Shown: positions 1-12,199 of the stretch, piece after piece | How positions within the stretch are numbered: position 1 is the first letter of the stretch | Layout of the letters: each line of letters starts with the position of its first letter | Origin: Anaeromyxobacter sp. | GTDB taxonomy: Bacteria; Myxococcota; Myxococcia; Myxococcales; Anaeromyxobacteraceae | DNA: 64,000 nt | Assembly: GCA_049840735.1 (NCBI GenBank) | Contig: JASGJN010000013.1 | Span: forward strand, 64,001-128,000 | Direction of reading: 5' to 3' | Translations under genes and position numbers: made by a program | Notes under the pieces: generated by a model | What the model saw: only the letters and a program-made list of their open reading frames with translations | Told to the model about the DNA's origin: nothing | The model's database searches: none

Positions 1-157
1 CGTAGCGATCCGGGTGGTAGACGCGCGACTCGCGGTAGTAGGCCGCCTTGATCTCGGCCGGCGAGGCGGTCTGCGGCAGCTTGAGCACGCCGAAGTAGTC
101 GAGCTGGTCGAGGGCCTCGGCCAGCGTCTCGACCTCCAGGAGGAAGCCGGCGTCCAT
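1..157 (-). CDS. J-domain (DnaJ-like) protein, N-terminal part; runs off the window edge
   Basis: Manual translation from ATG 157: [52 protein letters not shown]. It has the DY-x-VL and HPD J-domain motifs and starts 3 nt after the Hsp70 stop. Confidence 0.85.
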   Translation of the reverse strand, partial: MDAGFLLEVETLAEALDQLDYFGVLKLPQTASPAEIKAAYYRESRVYHPDRY

Positions 158-160
158 GGG

Positions 161-1775
<1,615 letters not shown>

Positions 1776-1811
1776 TTTGCAGGAGGACCAGGGGTTACGC
1801 CGGGTTACGGA

Positions 1812-1841
1812 ATCCTAGCGGCGGCCTCGGCGGGCTGTCAA
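1812..1841 (-). promoter_or_regulatory. sigma70-type promoter of the Hsp70 gene
   Basis: Minus strand TTGACA-N18-TAGGAT, 36 nt upstream of ATG 1775. Confidence 0.6.
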
Positions 1842-1945
1842 ACGCCCGGCGGCCGCCCTGGGATGTCCATCGGCCGCGGGCCCGTTATTACTCTTGTGGA
1901 GGCGGTGCCGTCCTGCCGCCGCCGCGGAAAAGAGGTCGAAACGCC

Positions 1946-2791
1946 ATGGGTGCGGTCGCCGCGATCCTCCAGAGCGATGCGAGCCTGATGCGCTGCCAGC
2001 TGGCGCGCCTCCGGCCCTACGTGTCGCTCCAGCCGGGCGGAGAGGCCCCGCCCGACGCGTACGGGTTCGGCTACTACCAGGCCGGGAACGTGCTGGTCGG
2101 CAAGCGCCCCGCCGGCGCCGCCGCGCAGCTCTCGCTGCCCGACCTGGTGGGGCGGGTGGACACCGAGGCGCTGCTGGTCCACGCCCGGCGGGCCACGGTG
2201 GGCAAGCCCAAGGACGAGAACACCCACCCGTTCCGGTTCCGCCGCTGGCTCTTCGCCCACGACGGCCAGGTGGAGGGCTGGGACCGGGTGAAGCCGCGCC
2301 TGCTCGACGCCCTGCCGGACTTCCTGCGCCGCAACGTGCAGGGCGAGACCGACTCCGAGCACGTCTTCATGTGGTTCCTCAAGCTGCTCAAGGACGACGG
2401 GGCCCTGGACGACCTCGACCTGGACGCCCAGGCGGCCGGGCGGGCGCTGGGGCGGACCGTGCGGCAGCTGGAGGCCTGGGCGCGCGACGTCGGCGAGGGA
2501 CGCCCCTCGCGCCTGACCTTCGTCGCCACCAACGGGCGAATCCTGGTGGCCACCCGCCGGGGCGGCCCGCTCCACTACGCGCTCCTGGAGGGCATCGTCC
2601 CCTGCGAGCTGGACGAGCTGGCGGTGGACACCCCGGAGAGCGACCCGCGCGTGCGGCCGCACCGGCGCGTGAAGGCCGTCTGCTTCGCCTCCCGCCTCTC
2701 CGCCCCGGACGGCTTCATCGAGGTGCCGGAGGGGAGCGTGGTCTCCGTCGGGCGGACGCTGCAGGTGGCGGTGAACGGGCTGCCGGGGTAG
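1946..2791 (+). CDS. Class II glutamine amidotransferase (EgtC/YafJ-like) fold protein lacking the N-terminal Cys
   Basis: Motifs HARRAT, ENTHPF, WLFAHDG and GETDSE. The N-terminus is MGAVAA rather than MC. Confidence 0.8.
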   Translation: MGAVAAILQSDASLMRCQLARLRPYVSLQPGGEAPPDAYGFGYYQAGNVLVGKRPAGAAAQLSLPDLVGRVDTEALLVHARRATVGKPKDENTHPFRFRRWLFAHDGQVEGWDRVKPRLLDALPDFLRRNVQGETDSEHVFMWFLKLLKDDGALDDLDLDAQAAGRALGRTVRQLEAWARDVGEGRPSRLTFVATNGRILVATRRGGPLHYALLEGIVPCELDELAVDTPESDPRVRPHRRVKAVCFASRLSAPDGFIEVPEGSVVSVGRTLQVAVNGLPG

Positions 2792-2800
2792 CCCCCCCGC

Positions 2801-3850
2801 TCAGACCAGCGACCACGGCCGCGGCACGAACCGCTGCTCCCAGGCGGCGAGCGCGAAGCGGTCGGTCATGCCGGAGAGCCAGTCGGTCACCGCCCGCTCC
2901 AGCGGCTCGCCTGGGCGCGGCGCGACGACCTGCTCCCGCGCCAGGCGCGCCGGATCCTCGAGGCACCAGCCCCACAGGTCCCGCAGGATGCGCTGCGCCT
3001 TGCGGAACTCGTCGTGCACCACCGGGTTCTCGTAGACGCGGGCGTACAGGAAGTCGCGCAGCGCCAGCAGCGCCTCGTGCACGTCGGGTGACATCTCGAT
3101 GTGCCCGCCGCCGTCCACGTCGGAGCGGCGGATCACGTCGTGCACCAGCCGCGCGAAGCGCTCGGAGCGGCCCCCGCCCAGCACCTCGCGGATGCGCGCC
3201 GGCAGGTCGGCCTCGGCGAAGAGCCCGGCCCGCAGCGCGTCGTCCAGGTCGTGGTTCACGTAGGCCACGATGTCGGCGATGCGGACGATCTCGGCCTCGA
3301 GCGTGAGCGACTTCTCTCCCGAGCCCTTGAGCAGCACGTTCCCGCGCCCCTTGGAGTGGCGGAGGATGCCGTCGCGGACCTCGGCGGTCAGGTTGAGCCC
3401 GCGCCCGTCCTTCTCCAGCACCTCCACCACGCGCACCGACTGGACCACGTGGTGGAAGCCGCCCGGCACCACCTCGTTGAGCAGCCGCTCGCCGGCGTGG
3501 CCGAAGGGCGTGTGGCCCAGGTCGTGCCCCATCACCATGGCCTCGACCAGCATCTCGTTGAGCCGCAGCGCCCGCGCGATGGAGCGGCCCACCTGCGCCA
3601 CCTCGAGCGTGTGGGTCAGGCGGGTCCGGTAGTGATCGCCCATGGGCGCCAGGAAGACCTGGGTCTTCCCGGCCAGCCGGCGAAAGGCCTTGCAGTGGAC
3701 GATGCGGTCGCGGTCCCGCTGGAAGGCCGGGCGCTCGTCGTCCGGCGCCTCCGGCCGCTCGCGGCCCCGGCTCCGCGCCGAGCGCGCGGCGCGCGGGTGC
3801 AGCGTCCGCTCCTCCAGGTCCTCCAGCATCTCGCGGATCGAGCCGGGCAT
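2801..3850 (-). CDS. dgt: Deoxyguanosinetriphosphate triphosphohydrolase (HD family)
   Basis: Motifs FQRDRDRI, FRRLAGKTQVF, RTRLTHTLEV, HDLGHTPFGHAGE, ADIVAYVNHD and SGMTD. Confidence 0.92.
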   Translation of the reverse strand: MPGSIREMLEDLEERTLHPRAARSARSRGRERPEAPDDERPAFQRDRDRIVHCKAFRRLAGKTQVFLAPMGDHYRTRLTHTLEVAQVGRSIARALRLNEMLVEAMVMGHDLGHTPFGHAGERLLNEVVPGGFHHVVQSVRVVEVLEKDGRGLNLTAEVRDGILRHSKGRGNVLLKGSGEKSLTLEAEIVRIADIVAYVNHDLDDALRAGLFAEADLPARIREVLGGGRSERFARLVHDVIRRSDVDGGGHIEMSPDVHEALLALRDFLYARVYENPVVHDEFRKAQRILRDLWGWCLEDPARLAREQVVAPRPGEPLERAVTDWLSGMTDRFALAAWEQRFVPRPWSLV

Positions 3851-3856
3851 CCGGCG

Positions 3857-3885
3857 GTTCTAGCGCCGCGGGGAGGGGCTGTCGA
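3857..3885 (-). promoter_or_regulatory. sigma70-type promoter, probably leaderless, of dgt
   Basis: TCGACA-N17-TAGAAC-N6-ATG, with no Shine-Dalgarno sequence. Confidence 0.5.
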
Positions 3886-3944
3886 CGTGGCGTGGTCGGC
3901 GCCGACGGGGCGTGGCGAGACGGCTCACGGGGCGGGGCGCCGGC

Positions 3945-4730
3945 TCACCGCGGCCCGTAGAAGCTCGCCTCCAGCGTGGTCAGGAACAGGTTCGACAGGG
4001 CGTGCACCACCACCGGCGCCACCAGCCCCCCGGTGCGCTCGCGCAGCCAGCCGAACAGCAACCCTGGGAAGAACGTGGCCAGCCGCCAGGGCTGCAGCAC
4101 CACCAGGTGCCCGGCGGCGAAGAGCAGCTGCGTCCAGAGGAAGCCGGCCCCGAGCCGGGCGCCCAGCACGGTCACGCCGCGCCCGGGCGCGCCCCGGGCC
4201 CAGCTGGTCTGGAGGAACCCCCGGTAGAAGAGCTCCTCCGGCAGCGCCACCACCAGCAGCTGCACCAGCGCCAGCGTGGCGAACCCCTCCGGCAGCCGGG
4301 GCGCGAGGTGCGGGGTGCCGACGTACGGCGCCAGCTGGTGGGCCAGCCCCGCCGGCAGGTTCGGCAGCGCCGCCGCGTAGGCGGCGAAGAGGCCGGCGAA
4401 GGGGGGGAGGATCAAGGCGCACACCAGCAGCCCCTGGCGCACGCCGCGGCCCAGCGCCCGCCAGGTGTCGGGATCGCGCGCCGAGAGGTGCGGCAGGCCG
4501 TACGCGTCCCAGCCCTCCCCCCTGGCCCGCAGCTTCGCGTCGGGCAGCCAGATGAAGAGGAAGGCCGCCACGCCGGCCAGGTTCGCCGCCAGGAGCCCGG
4601 TGGGCTCCAGGAGCGAGAGGCCGCGCGCCAGCGCCAGGCCGCCCACCGCCAGGCACCAGGTGGCCACCAGCGCCCGCCGCGGCAGGGGCGCGGGTGTGGC
4701 GTCGTCGGTCGCAGGGGGCTGCGCGCTCAC
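3945..4730 (-). CDS. CPBP/Abi-family glutamic intramembrane protease, myxosortase-like
   Basis: Multi-TM protein with EELFYRG, FAAGH and HALSN CPBP motifs plus WRLATFFPGLLFGWLRERTG. Divergent from a MYXO-CTERM-bearing gene. Confidence 0.85.
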   Translation of the reverse strand: MSAQPPATDDATPAPLPRRALVATWCLAVGGLALARGLSLLEPTGLLAANLAGVAAFLFIWLPDAKLRARGEGWDAYGLPHLSARDPDTWRALGRGVRQGLLVCALILPPFAGLFAAYAAALPNLPAGLAHQLAPYVGTPHLAPRLPEGFATLALVQLLVVALPEELFYRGFLQTSWARGAPGRGVTVLGARLGAGFLWTQLLFAAGHLVVLQPWRLATFFPGLLFGWLRERTGGLVAPVVVHALSNLFLTTLEASFYGPR

Positions 4731-4875
4731 GCGCCGGGGATCTCACGGCCCGGGGAGCCGGTCAACGCTCCTCCCCCTCGAATGTGGGCAGCTTCCCGAC
4801 CTGTGCCGCCAGGCCGCGCGTCCCTCGAACCGGCGACGGGGCGCGTGTTACTCTCCACGCCCAGGAGTGAAAACG

Positions 4876-7800
4876 ATGACCTCTCGCCGCCCGTTCCCCA
4901 GGCGCCGGCTCCTCGCCGGCCTCGTCCCGCTGCTCCTCGTCGCCGCCGCGCTGCCCTTGATGGCGCCGACCTGCGGCGGAGGAGCGGAGGGCTGGCGCAC
5001 CTTCCAGCGGAACTCGCTCATCATCCCCATGGACCGCTGCTGGCAGAACCAGACCGACGCGGTCACGCCGGGCACGGTGGCGAACTGCAGCTCGCCGCAG
5101 ACCGGCGACGTGATCCGCGCCTACGGCCTGGTCTACCAGCTCATCCGCAACAACGTGGCGGTGTACTGGGTCATCAGCCCGGACAAGGCCGCGCTCACCG
5201 GCCAGGACCTGGCCGTCCAGTACTCGGGCGGCTTCCCGGTCCTCAAGTACGACTGGACGGCGGGCGCGCCGGGCGCGGGGCTCGGCGCCGATCACACCAT
5301 CCGCTACCTGGGCGGCCCCTTCATCGTGGACGGGTCCGACTACGACAAGGCGGTGGCGGTGCTGGCCAGGTACCGCACCAGCTTCTCGGCCGTGAACGTG
5401 CACGTGTCCAACGTGGCCTTCCGCGGCTACGTGAAGAAGACCATGGCCGGCGGCTGGAACGCCGGCGGCACCGTGCCGCCCAAGCTGGCGCTGCTCGACA
5501 TCGGCAGCGGCAACATCTCCAGCCTGAGCCCGCTCGCCATCCGCGACCCCAAGAACGCCGAGCCGGTGATCTCCGGCTACCTGAACCGCGCCGGCATCGG
5601 CTCCGGGACCGCGGCCGGCACCGCCACCGGCACGCACGGCGAGATCTACGACCGGCTCACCATCGACGACTTCCAGCCGGCCTCCGGCTCCACCGACCCC
5701 ACCACCAGCCGCCTCTTCACCAACGGCTACCAGATCCTCTGGGTGCCGCACTGGGTCGCGCCGGGCTCCTGCTCCAACTACAGCTCCACCACCAACTGCG
5801 CCAACAGCAAGTACAGCGACGCGCGCATCGCGCAGACGCTCCAGACCATCGGCGCCTTCGTGGCCTCCGGCAAGGACGTGTTCGCCGAGTGCGCCGGCAT
5901 GGGCAGCTTCGAGGGCGCGTTCAAGCGCGGGAACGCCGGCACCTCGGACAGCGCCTACACCATCGACTACCAGAAGGGCGATCCGAGCACGCGGTTCCAG
6001 ACGCTCAACGGGCTCCGCTACAACGAGCTGCCCAACAACCCGTTCCCCGCCCCCACCTTCCCCGGCAACTTCAGCTCCCCGCTGCTGCAGCTGGGCGACT
6101 TCCCGTTCTCGCCCTACACCGGCGCGATCGAGGACTACCGGCCCCAGAACCCCACCTCCGGCGGCGGCTACCACGCCGACGTGACGCGGCTCATCCGCGG
6201 CACCGCCGGCGGCGCCAACACCTCCTACGGCGACCCCTACGACGCCTGGGACTACTTCACCATCCGTCCCTCCGCCTCCGGCCGCGGCACCATCGTGTAC
6301 CTGGCCGGCCACAGCTACTCCGGCGTCCAGGGCACGTTCCAGGTGGCCGGCTCGCGCCTGGTGCTCAACACCCTCTTCAACCTGGGCGCGGGCTGCACCG
6401 ACAGCGGCGTGACCTGCGACACCGGCAAGCTGGGCGTCTGCGCCAAGGGCACCCTGGCCTGCTCCCAGAGCGGCGCGTCGGTGTGCACCCAGTCCGTCTT
6501 CCCCAGCGCCGAGACCTGCAACGGCCTGGACGACGACTGCGACGGCCTGGTGGACGAGGACCTCGAGGTGGGCTGCTACGACGGCCCGGCCGCCACCCGG
6601 AACGTGGGGCTCTGCCGGCAGGGCGTGAGCGCCTGCGAGCGGAAGACCGACGGCAGCTACGGCATGAGCGCCTGCGTCGGCCAGGTGCTGCCGGCGGACG
6701 AGGTCTGCAACGGCCTCGACGACAACTGCAACGCCACCGTGGACGAGGCGCTGCAGCAGGCCTGCTACTTCGGCCCGCTCTCCTCGCTCGACGACCAGGG
6801 CCGGCCGCAGGGCGCCTGCAAGGCGGGCACCCAGACCTGCAGCCAGGGCACCTGGGGGGAGTGCGCGGTCTGCCCGGCCGGCATCCAGCCCTCCGACCCG
6901 GGCTACGCCGCCTGCCAAATCCTGCCGGCGGGCGAGACCTGCCAGGACACCACCGACGTCGACTGCAACGGCTACGTGAAGGAGCTGGCCGGCGAGTGCG
7001 GCAGCTGCACGCCGGGCGCCACGGCCACCTGCTACACCGGTCCGGGCGGCACGGTGAACGTGGGCCTCTGCCACGCCGGCACCCAGACCTGCAGCTCCAG
7101 CGGGAGCTGGGGCCCCTGCGTCGGTGAGGTCAAGCCGGTCTCCGAGAATCTGCACCGCCACCGGCGGCACGCCGCGCGACGAGGACTGCGACCACGAGCT
7201 CGACGAGGGCTGCGCCTGCCGCGACGGCGACACCGAGTCCTGCTACACCGGCCCGACCGGCACCGAGGGCAACGGCATCTGCGTCGCCGGCCACCGCACC
7301 TGCGCCAGCGGCCAGTTCGGCGAGGCCTGCGAGGAGCAGGTGCTGCCCATCCCCGAGACCTGCAACGGCAAGGACGACGACTGCGACGGCGCCGTCGACG
7401 ACGGCGCCACCTGCGCCTCGGGCTTCTCCTGCGAGCACGGCGTCTGCGTGCCCAGCTCCTGCGGCGTGGAGAACGCCTGCCCGGAGGGCTACGACTGCAA
7501 GGTCCCGTCCGGCGCCAGCGCCGCGACCTGCGTGCTCGGCAGCTGCGGCGGCACCACCTGCGCCGACGGCAAGGAGTGCCAGTACGGCAGCTGCGTGGAC
7601 CCCTGCGACAACGTCACCTGCGGCGCCGGCGCCACCTGCGCCTCCGGCGCCTGCGTGGGCGGCAGCTGCTACTTCGAGGGCTGCCCGGCCGGCCAGCTGT
7701 GCCGCAACGGCAACTGCGCCGCCGACGCGTGCGACGGCGTGACCTGCCCCTACGGCACCTTCTGCCGCGAGGGCGACTGCGTGCAGGCCTGCACCTTCGT

Positions 7801-10187
7801 CAGCTGCCGCAGCGGCGAGAAGTGCGGCACGGACGGCTTCTGCGAGTCCGACCCGTGCGCCAACCGGACCTGCGGCCCGACCCAGACCTGCGTGGCCGGG
7901 ACGTGCGTCGAGGACCCGTGCCTGGGCCTCGGCTGCGGCCAGGGCCAGGTCTGCAAGGCCGGCGTGTGCGTTGACGACGCCTGCAACGGCATCTCCTGCC
8001 CGGCCGGCCAGTGCCTCCAGGGCCAGTGCTACCCGGTGGGCAACCCGCAGGACGTGACCACGCCCACGAAGGAGACCAGCAGCGGCGGCTGCGGCTGCGG
8101 GACCGGCGCCGCCAGCCCGCTCACCGCCCTGCTGTTCCTGCTGGCGGTGCCGCTGGCCCGGCGCCGCCGCGGCGGCCAGGGCACCGGCCGCTGGGCCGCC
8201 CTGGCCCTGCTGCTGGTCGCGGCGGGCGCCAGCGGCTGCTCCTCCAAGAGCGACGGCGTCCCGGACCTGGCCCGCTGCGCCGGAGACCGGCGGGACGGTG
8301 TGCGAGGGCGAGAACCGCTGCATCGACACCTGGACCGACCCGGCCCACTGCGGCTACTGCGGCAACGCCTGCGGGGCCGGCAACGTCTGCGTGGACAAGA
8401 CCTGCGGCCCGGCCAGCGGCGTGGCCCCGTTCATCACCGGCCTCTCGCCCGGCTCCGGCCCCAAGGGCGGCTCGGCCCCCGTCACCGTCCAGCTCAACGG
8501 CCAGCGCTTCGCCCAGGGCGCCACCGTGCGCAGCGTCACCCCGGCCGGCACCCACACCTACGAGACCACCTGGGTGTCGGCCTCCTCGCTGCACGTGGAC
8601 CTCGACCTGTCCGCGTCGCCCGCCACCATCAGCTACCTGCGGGTGGTGAACCCGGACAAGGTGATCTCCAACCCGGTCCGCTTCGAGATCACCACCCCCA
8701 CGCCGGCCATCACCGGGCTCTCCCCGGCCGGCGCCGTCACCGGCCAGGTGACCCAGTTCACCGTGGCCGGCACCGGCTTCCTGGCCGAGAGCGAGTGCCA
8801 CTACTCGGGGCAGGGCAACGCCCAGGCGCTCCTCACGGTCGTGAACGGCGACGGCACGCTGACCTGCACCTTCGACGCGACCTCCCTGCCGCCCGCCACC
8901 GGCTTCCAGCTCTGGGTGGAGAACCCGGCCCTGCCCACCTCGGTCGCCTCCCAGCCCCGCTCCTTCAACGTGATCAGCGCGACGCCGGTGGTGAACAGCG
9001 TCAGCCCGAGCCAGGCGGCGTCCAACGAGGCGGTGGCCTTCACCGTGGACGGCGACGGCTTCGACGTCACCAGCCAGGTGCTCTTCGACGGCACGCCCCT
9101 CACCGCCACCACCTTCGTCTCGGCGCGCCAGCTCTACATCCCGCAGTACCTGCCGGCGGCCTGCTCCAGCGGCACCTGCCCGCACGTCGTCCGCGTCCGG
9201 AACGGCACCGCCGGCACGCCCTCCGAGACCTCCGCGACGTTCTACGTCGGCGCGCAGCCGCCGCAAATCACCGGCCTCTCGCCCGGCTCCGCCTATCAAG
9301 GCGCCACCGACGTGGTCCTCACCTTCACCGGCAGCGGCTTCCCGACCGGCACCCAGCTGCAGCTGCAGCCGCCCGGCGGCGCCTTCGGGACGCCCATCAG
9401 CGCCACCGTCAACGGCACCGGCACCCAGGTCACCGCCGTCGTGCCCTCGTTCGTCGACAGCCCCGTGGGCACGGCGCCGGAGGGCACCTGGCTGGTCCGG
9501 CTGGTCTACCCGGGCCCCATCAACTCCGCCTCCTACCCGTTCCGCCTGCTCTCGAACCTGGCCACGCTGGTGAGCTCCAACGTGCGCGGCGAGATGCAGG
9601 GCAAGCAGGTGACGGTCACCCTCTCCGCGGTGAACCTGCGCCCCTCGGCGGCGGCCACCGTCGACCGGGACATCCGGGTGGTGTTCGCCGGCCAGGACCG
9701 GACGCCCAGCGCCGTCAACATCACGCAGGCCTCCTCCGGCACCGGGACCGTCACGGTCCAGCTCAGCACGGTGGACCTCGACACCGGCACCTACACGGTG
9801 CAGGTGAGGAACCCGAGCGCCCAGCCCTCCAACGCGCTCTCCTTCAACGTCACCCCCGGCCAGCCCACGGTGGTCACCGTCACCCCGTCCAGCGCGGTCC
9901 AGAGCGACACCCCCACGCTGATCGTGCTGACCGGGACCAACTTCGCGAAGCCGGACGCCAGCGGCAACGGCGGCTCCATCGTGCACGTGGCCTCGACGGC
10001 GCTGGGCATCCTCGACTTCGCGCTGCCGGCCTCGGCCACCACGGTGGTCAACTCGAAGCGGCTCGAGGTGCGGTTCGACACCCGCACCGGCGTGCCGGGC
10101 ACCTACGACGTCTCGGTCTGGAACCCGGGCGGCCCGACCCCGCCCCAGAAGTCCAACTCGCTCACCGGCGCCTTCACGATCCAGTAG
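4876..10187 (+). CDS. Large Cys-rich surface protein (~1769 aa after removing extra bases at ~7147 and ~8282): signal peptide, globular domain, MopE-like repeats, EGF-like Cys repeats, internal MYXO-CTERM-like anchor, second lipoprotein signal, Cys-rich module, IPT/TIG-like repeats
   Basis: RBS AGGAG at 4863-4867 and ATG 4876. Repeats ETCNGLDDDCDGLVDE, EVCNGLDDNCN and ETCNGKDDDCDG. SSGGCGC-TM-RRRR at ~8078-8170, ASG|C lipobox at ~8228-8239, TDPAHCGYCGNAC, and repeated P-x-ITGLSP / PVVNSVSP / PTVVTVTP units. ORF-track pieces 4465, 7124 and 8298 join in register. Confidence 0.75.
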
Positions 10188-10208
10188 GTCCCGGCCCTGA
10201 AGCGAGGC

Positions 10209-10237
10209 GGCCCCCGGCGCGGACGCGACCGGGGGCC
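10209..10237. terminator. Hairpin between convergent genes, probable terminator
   Basis: GGCCCCCGG-N11-CCGGGGGCC inverted repeat just after stop 10187. Confidence 0.5.
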
Positions 10238-10267
10238 TGCTGCTTCAGCCGGGGGCGAGGAGCGGCC

Positions 10268-10645
10268 TCAGCCCTTCTGCAGGGCCTTCCCGACCAGCTG
10301 GACCGCCAGCGAGGGATCGAACGGCTTGCGCATGATCTCGTCGGCGCCGAGCTTCCGGTAGACGTCCACCTCGCGCTCGCTGATCCGCGAGGACATGAGG
10401 ACCAGGAAGATCTTCCGCCAGTGGGGGTGCGCCTTGACCAGGCGGCACACGTCGGCGCCGTTCAGCTTGGGCATGTAGATGTCCAGCATCACCGCGTCCG
10501 GGCTGGCGGTGGACATCTTCCGGAAGACCTCCTCGCCGTCGCAGGCGCTGGAGACCTCGTAGCCTTCGTCCTCGAAGGCGGAGGTGAGGGCGTCCACCAT
10601 GGAGGGCGAGTCGTCGACGATGAGGACGGTCGGCCGGCGGGTCAT
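10268..10645 (-). CDS. Single-domain response regulator (CheY-like receiver)
   Basis: Motifs VLIVDDS, MLDIYMPKLNG and KPFD. TATAAC lies 9 nt upstream of the ATG. Confidence 0.88.
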   Translation of the reverse strand: MTRRPTVLIVDDSPSMVDALTSAFEDEGYEVSSACDGEEVFRKMSTASPDAVMLDIYMPKLNGADVCRLVKAHPHWRKIFLVLMSSRISEREVDVYRKLGADEIMRKPFDPSLAVQLVGKALQKG

Positions 10646-10716
10646 CGGCCTCGGGTTATACCTCAGTTCGCGCGGGACCGCCGTCCCCGGACACCTGTGG
10701 TAGGTTCCGCCCCGCC

Positions 10717-12132
10717 ATGCCAAAAGTCCGCGTCCGCTTCGCACCCTCTCCCACCGGCTACCTCCACATCGGTGGCGCACGCACAGCCCTCTTCAACTGG
10801 CTGTGGGCCCGGCGCACCGGCGGCGTCTTCGTGCTCCGCATCGAGGACACCGACCGCGAGCGCTCGACGCAGGCCGCCGTGGACGCCATCCTCGACGCCA
10901 TGAAGTGGCTGGGGCTGGACTGGGACGAGGGCCCCGAGGTGGGGGGGCCGCACCCGCCCTACTTCCAGACGCAGCGGCTCGAGCTCTACAAGGCGCACGC
11001 CGAGAAGCTCATCGCCGAGGGGAAGGCCTTCGCCTGCTACTGCACGCGCGAGGCGCTGGACGTGCAGCGCAAGGCCGCCGAGGCCGAGAAGCGCCAGTTC
11101 CGCTACCCCGGCACCTGCCGCCACAAGCCCTACGATCCCTCGAAGCCGCACGTGATCCGCTTCCGCGTGCCGGAGACCGGCGAGACCACCTTCGTGGACC
11201 TGGTGAAGGGGGCCATCTCCACCCCGCACGACACGCTGCAGGACGAGGTCATCCTGCGCGGCGACGGCGTGCCGCTCTACAACTTCGGCGCGGTGGTGGA
11301 CGACATCACCATGGAGATCAACCTGGTCGGGCGCGGCGACGACCACGTCAACAACACCGCCCGGCAGATCCTGATGTACCAGGCGCTGGGCTACCCGGTC
11401 CCGACCTTCGCCCACTTCCCCATGATCCTGGGCGCGGACAAGACCCGCCTCTCCAAGCGCCACGGCGCCACCAGCGTCACCTCCTACCGCGACATGGGCT
11501 TCCTGCCCCAGGCGGTGGTGAACTACCTGGTGCGGCTGGGCTGGAGCCACGGGGACCAGGAGATCTTCTCGCTCGAGGAGCTGGTGCAGCTCTTCGACAT
11601 GAAGGACGTGGGCGCCACCGCCGGCGTGTTCAACCCGGACAAGATGGCCTGGGTGAACCACGAGTGGCTGAAGAAGCTCCCGGACGAGGAGCTGGCCCGG
11701 CGCGCGCTGCCGCACTTCCAGGCCGCCGGCCTGCCGGCGCAGGACGACCAGAAGCTGCGCCACGTCTGCGCGGTGGCCCGCGAGCGCGCCCGCACCTTCG
11801 GCGAGTACGTGGCCCAGTTCCGCTACTTCTACGCGCCCATCGCGCTCGACCCCAAGGCCAAGGACAAGTTCCTGACCGCCGACGCGAAGCCCATCCTCCA
11901 AGGGCTCCGGGAGGCCATCGCCGGGATGGCGGCGCTGGAGACGGCCGCGCTGGAGAAGCTCTTCCAGGACGCCGCCGCGGCGCGCGGCGTGGGGCTGGGC
12001 AAGATCGCCCAGCCGGCGCGCGTGGCCCTCACCGGCGGCACCGCCTCCCCGGGCATGTACGACGTCATCCAAATCCTGGGGAAGGACGAGACGCTGAAGC
12101 GGCTCGACGACGCCCTGGCGCTGATCGGGTAG
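10717..12132 (+). CDS. gltX: Glutamate--tRNA ligase
   Basis: Motifs RFAPSPTGYLHIGGARTALFN, LRIEDTD and RLSKRHGA. Confidence 0.97.
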   Translation: MPKVRVRFAPSPTGYLHIGGARTALFNWLWARRTGGVFVLRIEDTDRERSTQAAVDAILDAMKWLGLDWDEGPEVGGPHPPYFQTQRLELYKAHAEKLIAEGKAFACYCTREALDVQRKAAEAEKRQFRYPGTCRHKPYDPSKPHVIRFRVPETGETTFVDLVKGAISTPHDTLQDEVILRGDGVPLYNFGAVVDDITMEINLVGRGDDHVNNTARQILMYQALGYPVPTFAHFPMILGADKTRLSKRHGATSVTSYRDMGFLPQAVVNYLVRLGWSHGDQEIFSLEELVQLFDMKDVGATAGVFNPDKMAWVNHEWLKKLPDEELARRALPHFQAAGLPAQDDQKLRHVCAVARERARTFGEYVAQFRYFYAPIALDPKAKDKFLTADAKPILQGLREAIAGMAALETAALEKLFQDAAAARGVGLGKIAQPARVALTGGTASPGMYDVIQILGKDETLKRLDDALALIG

Positions 12133-12199
12133 CCCTCTTTCCCAGCAAGAGCGAGAGGTTGCGTCGCAGGCCCCGGTGGAGTACCACCAGGGCTCGACT

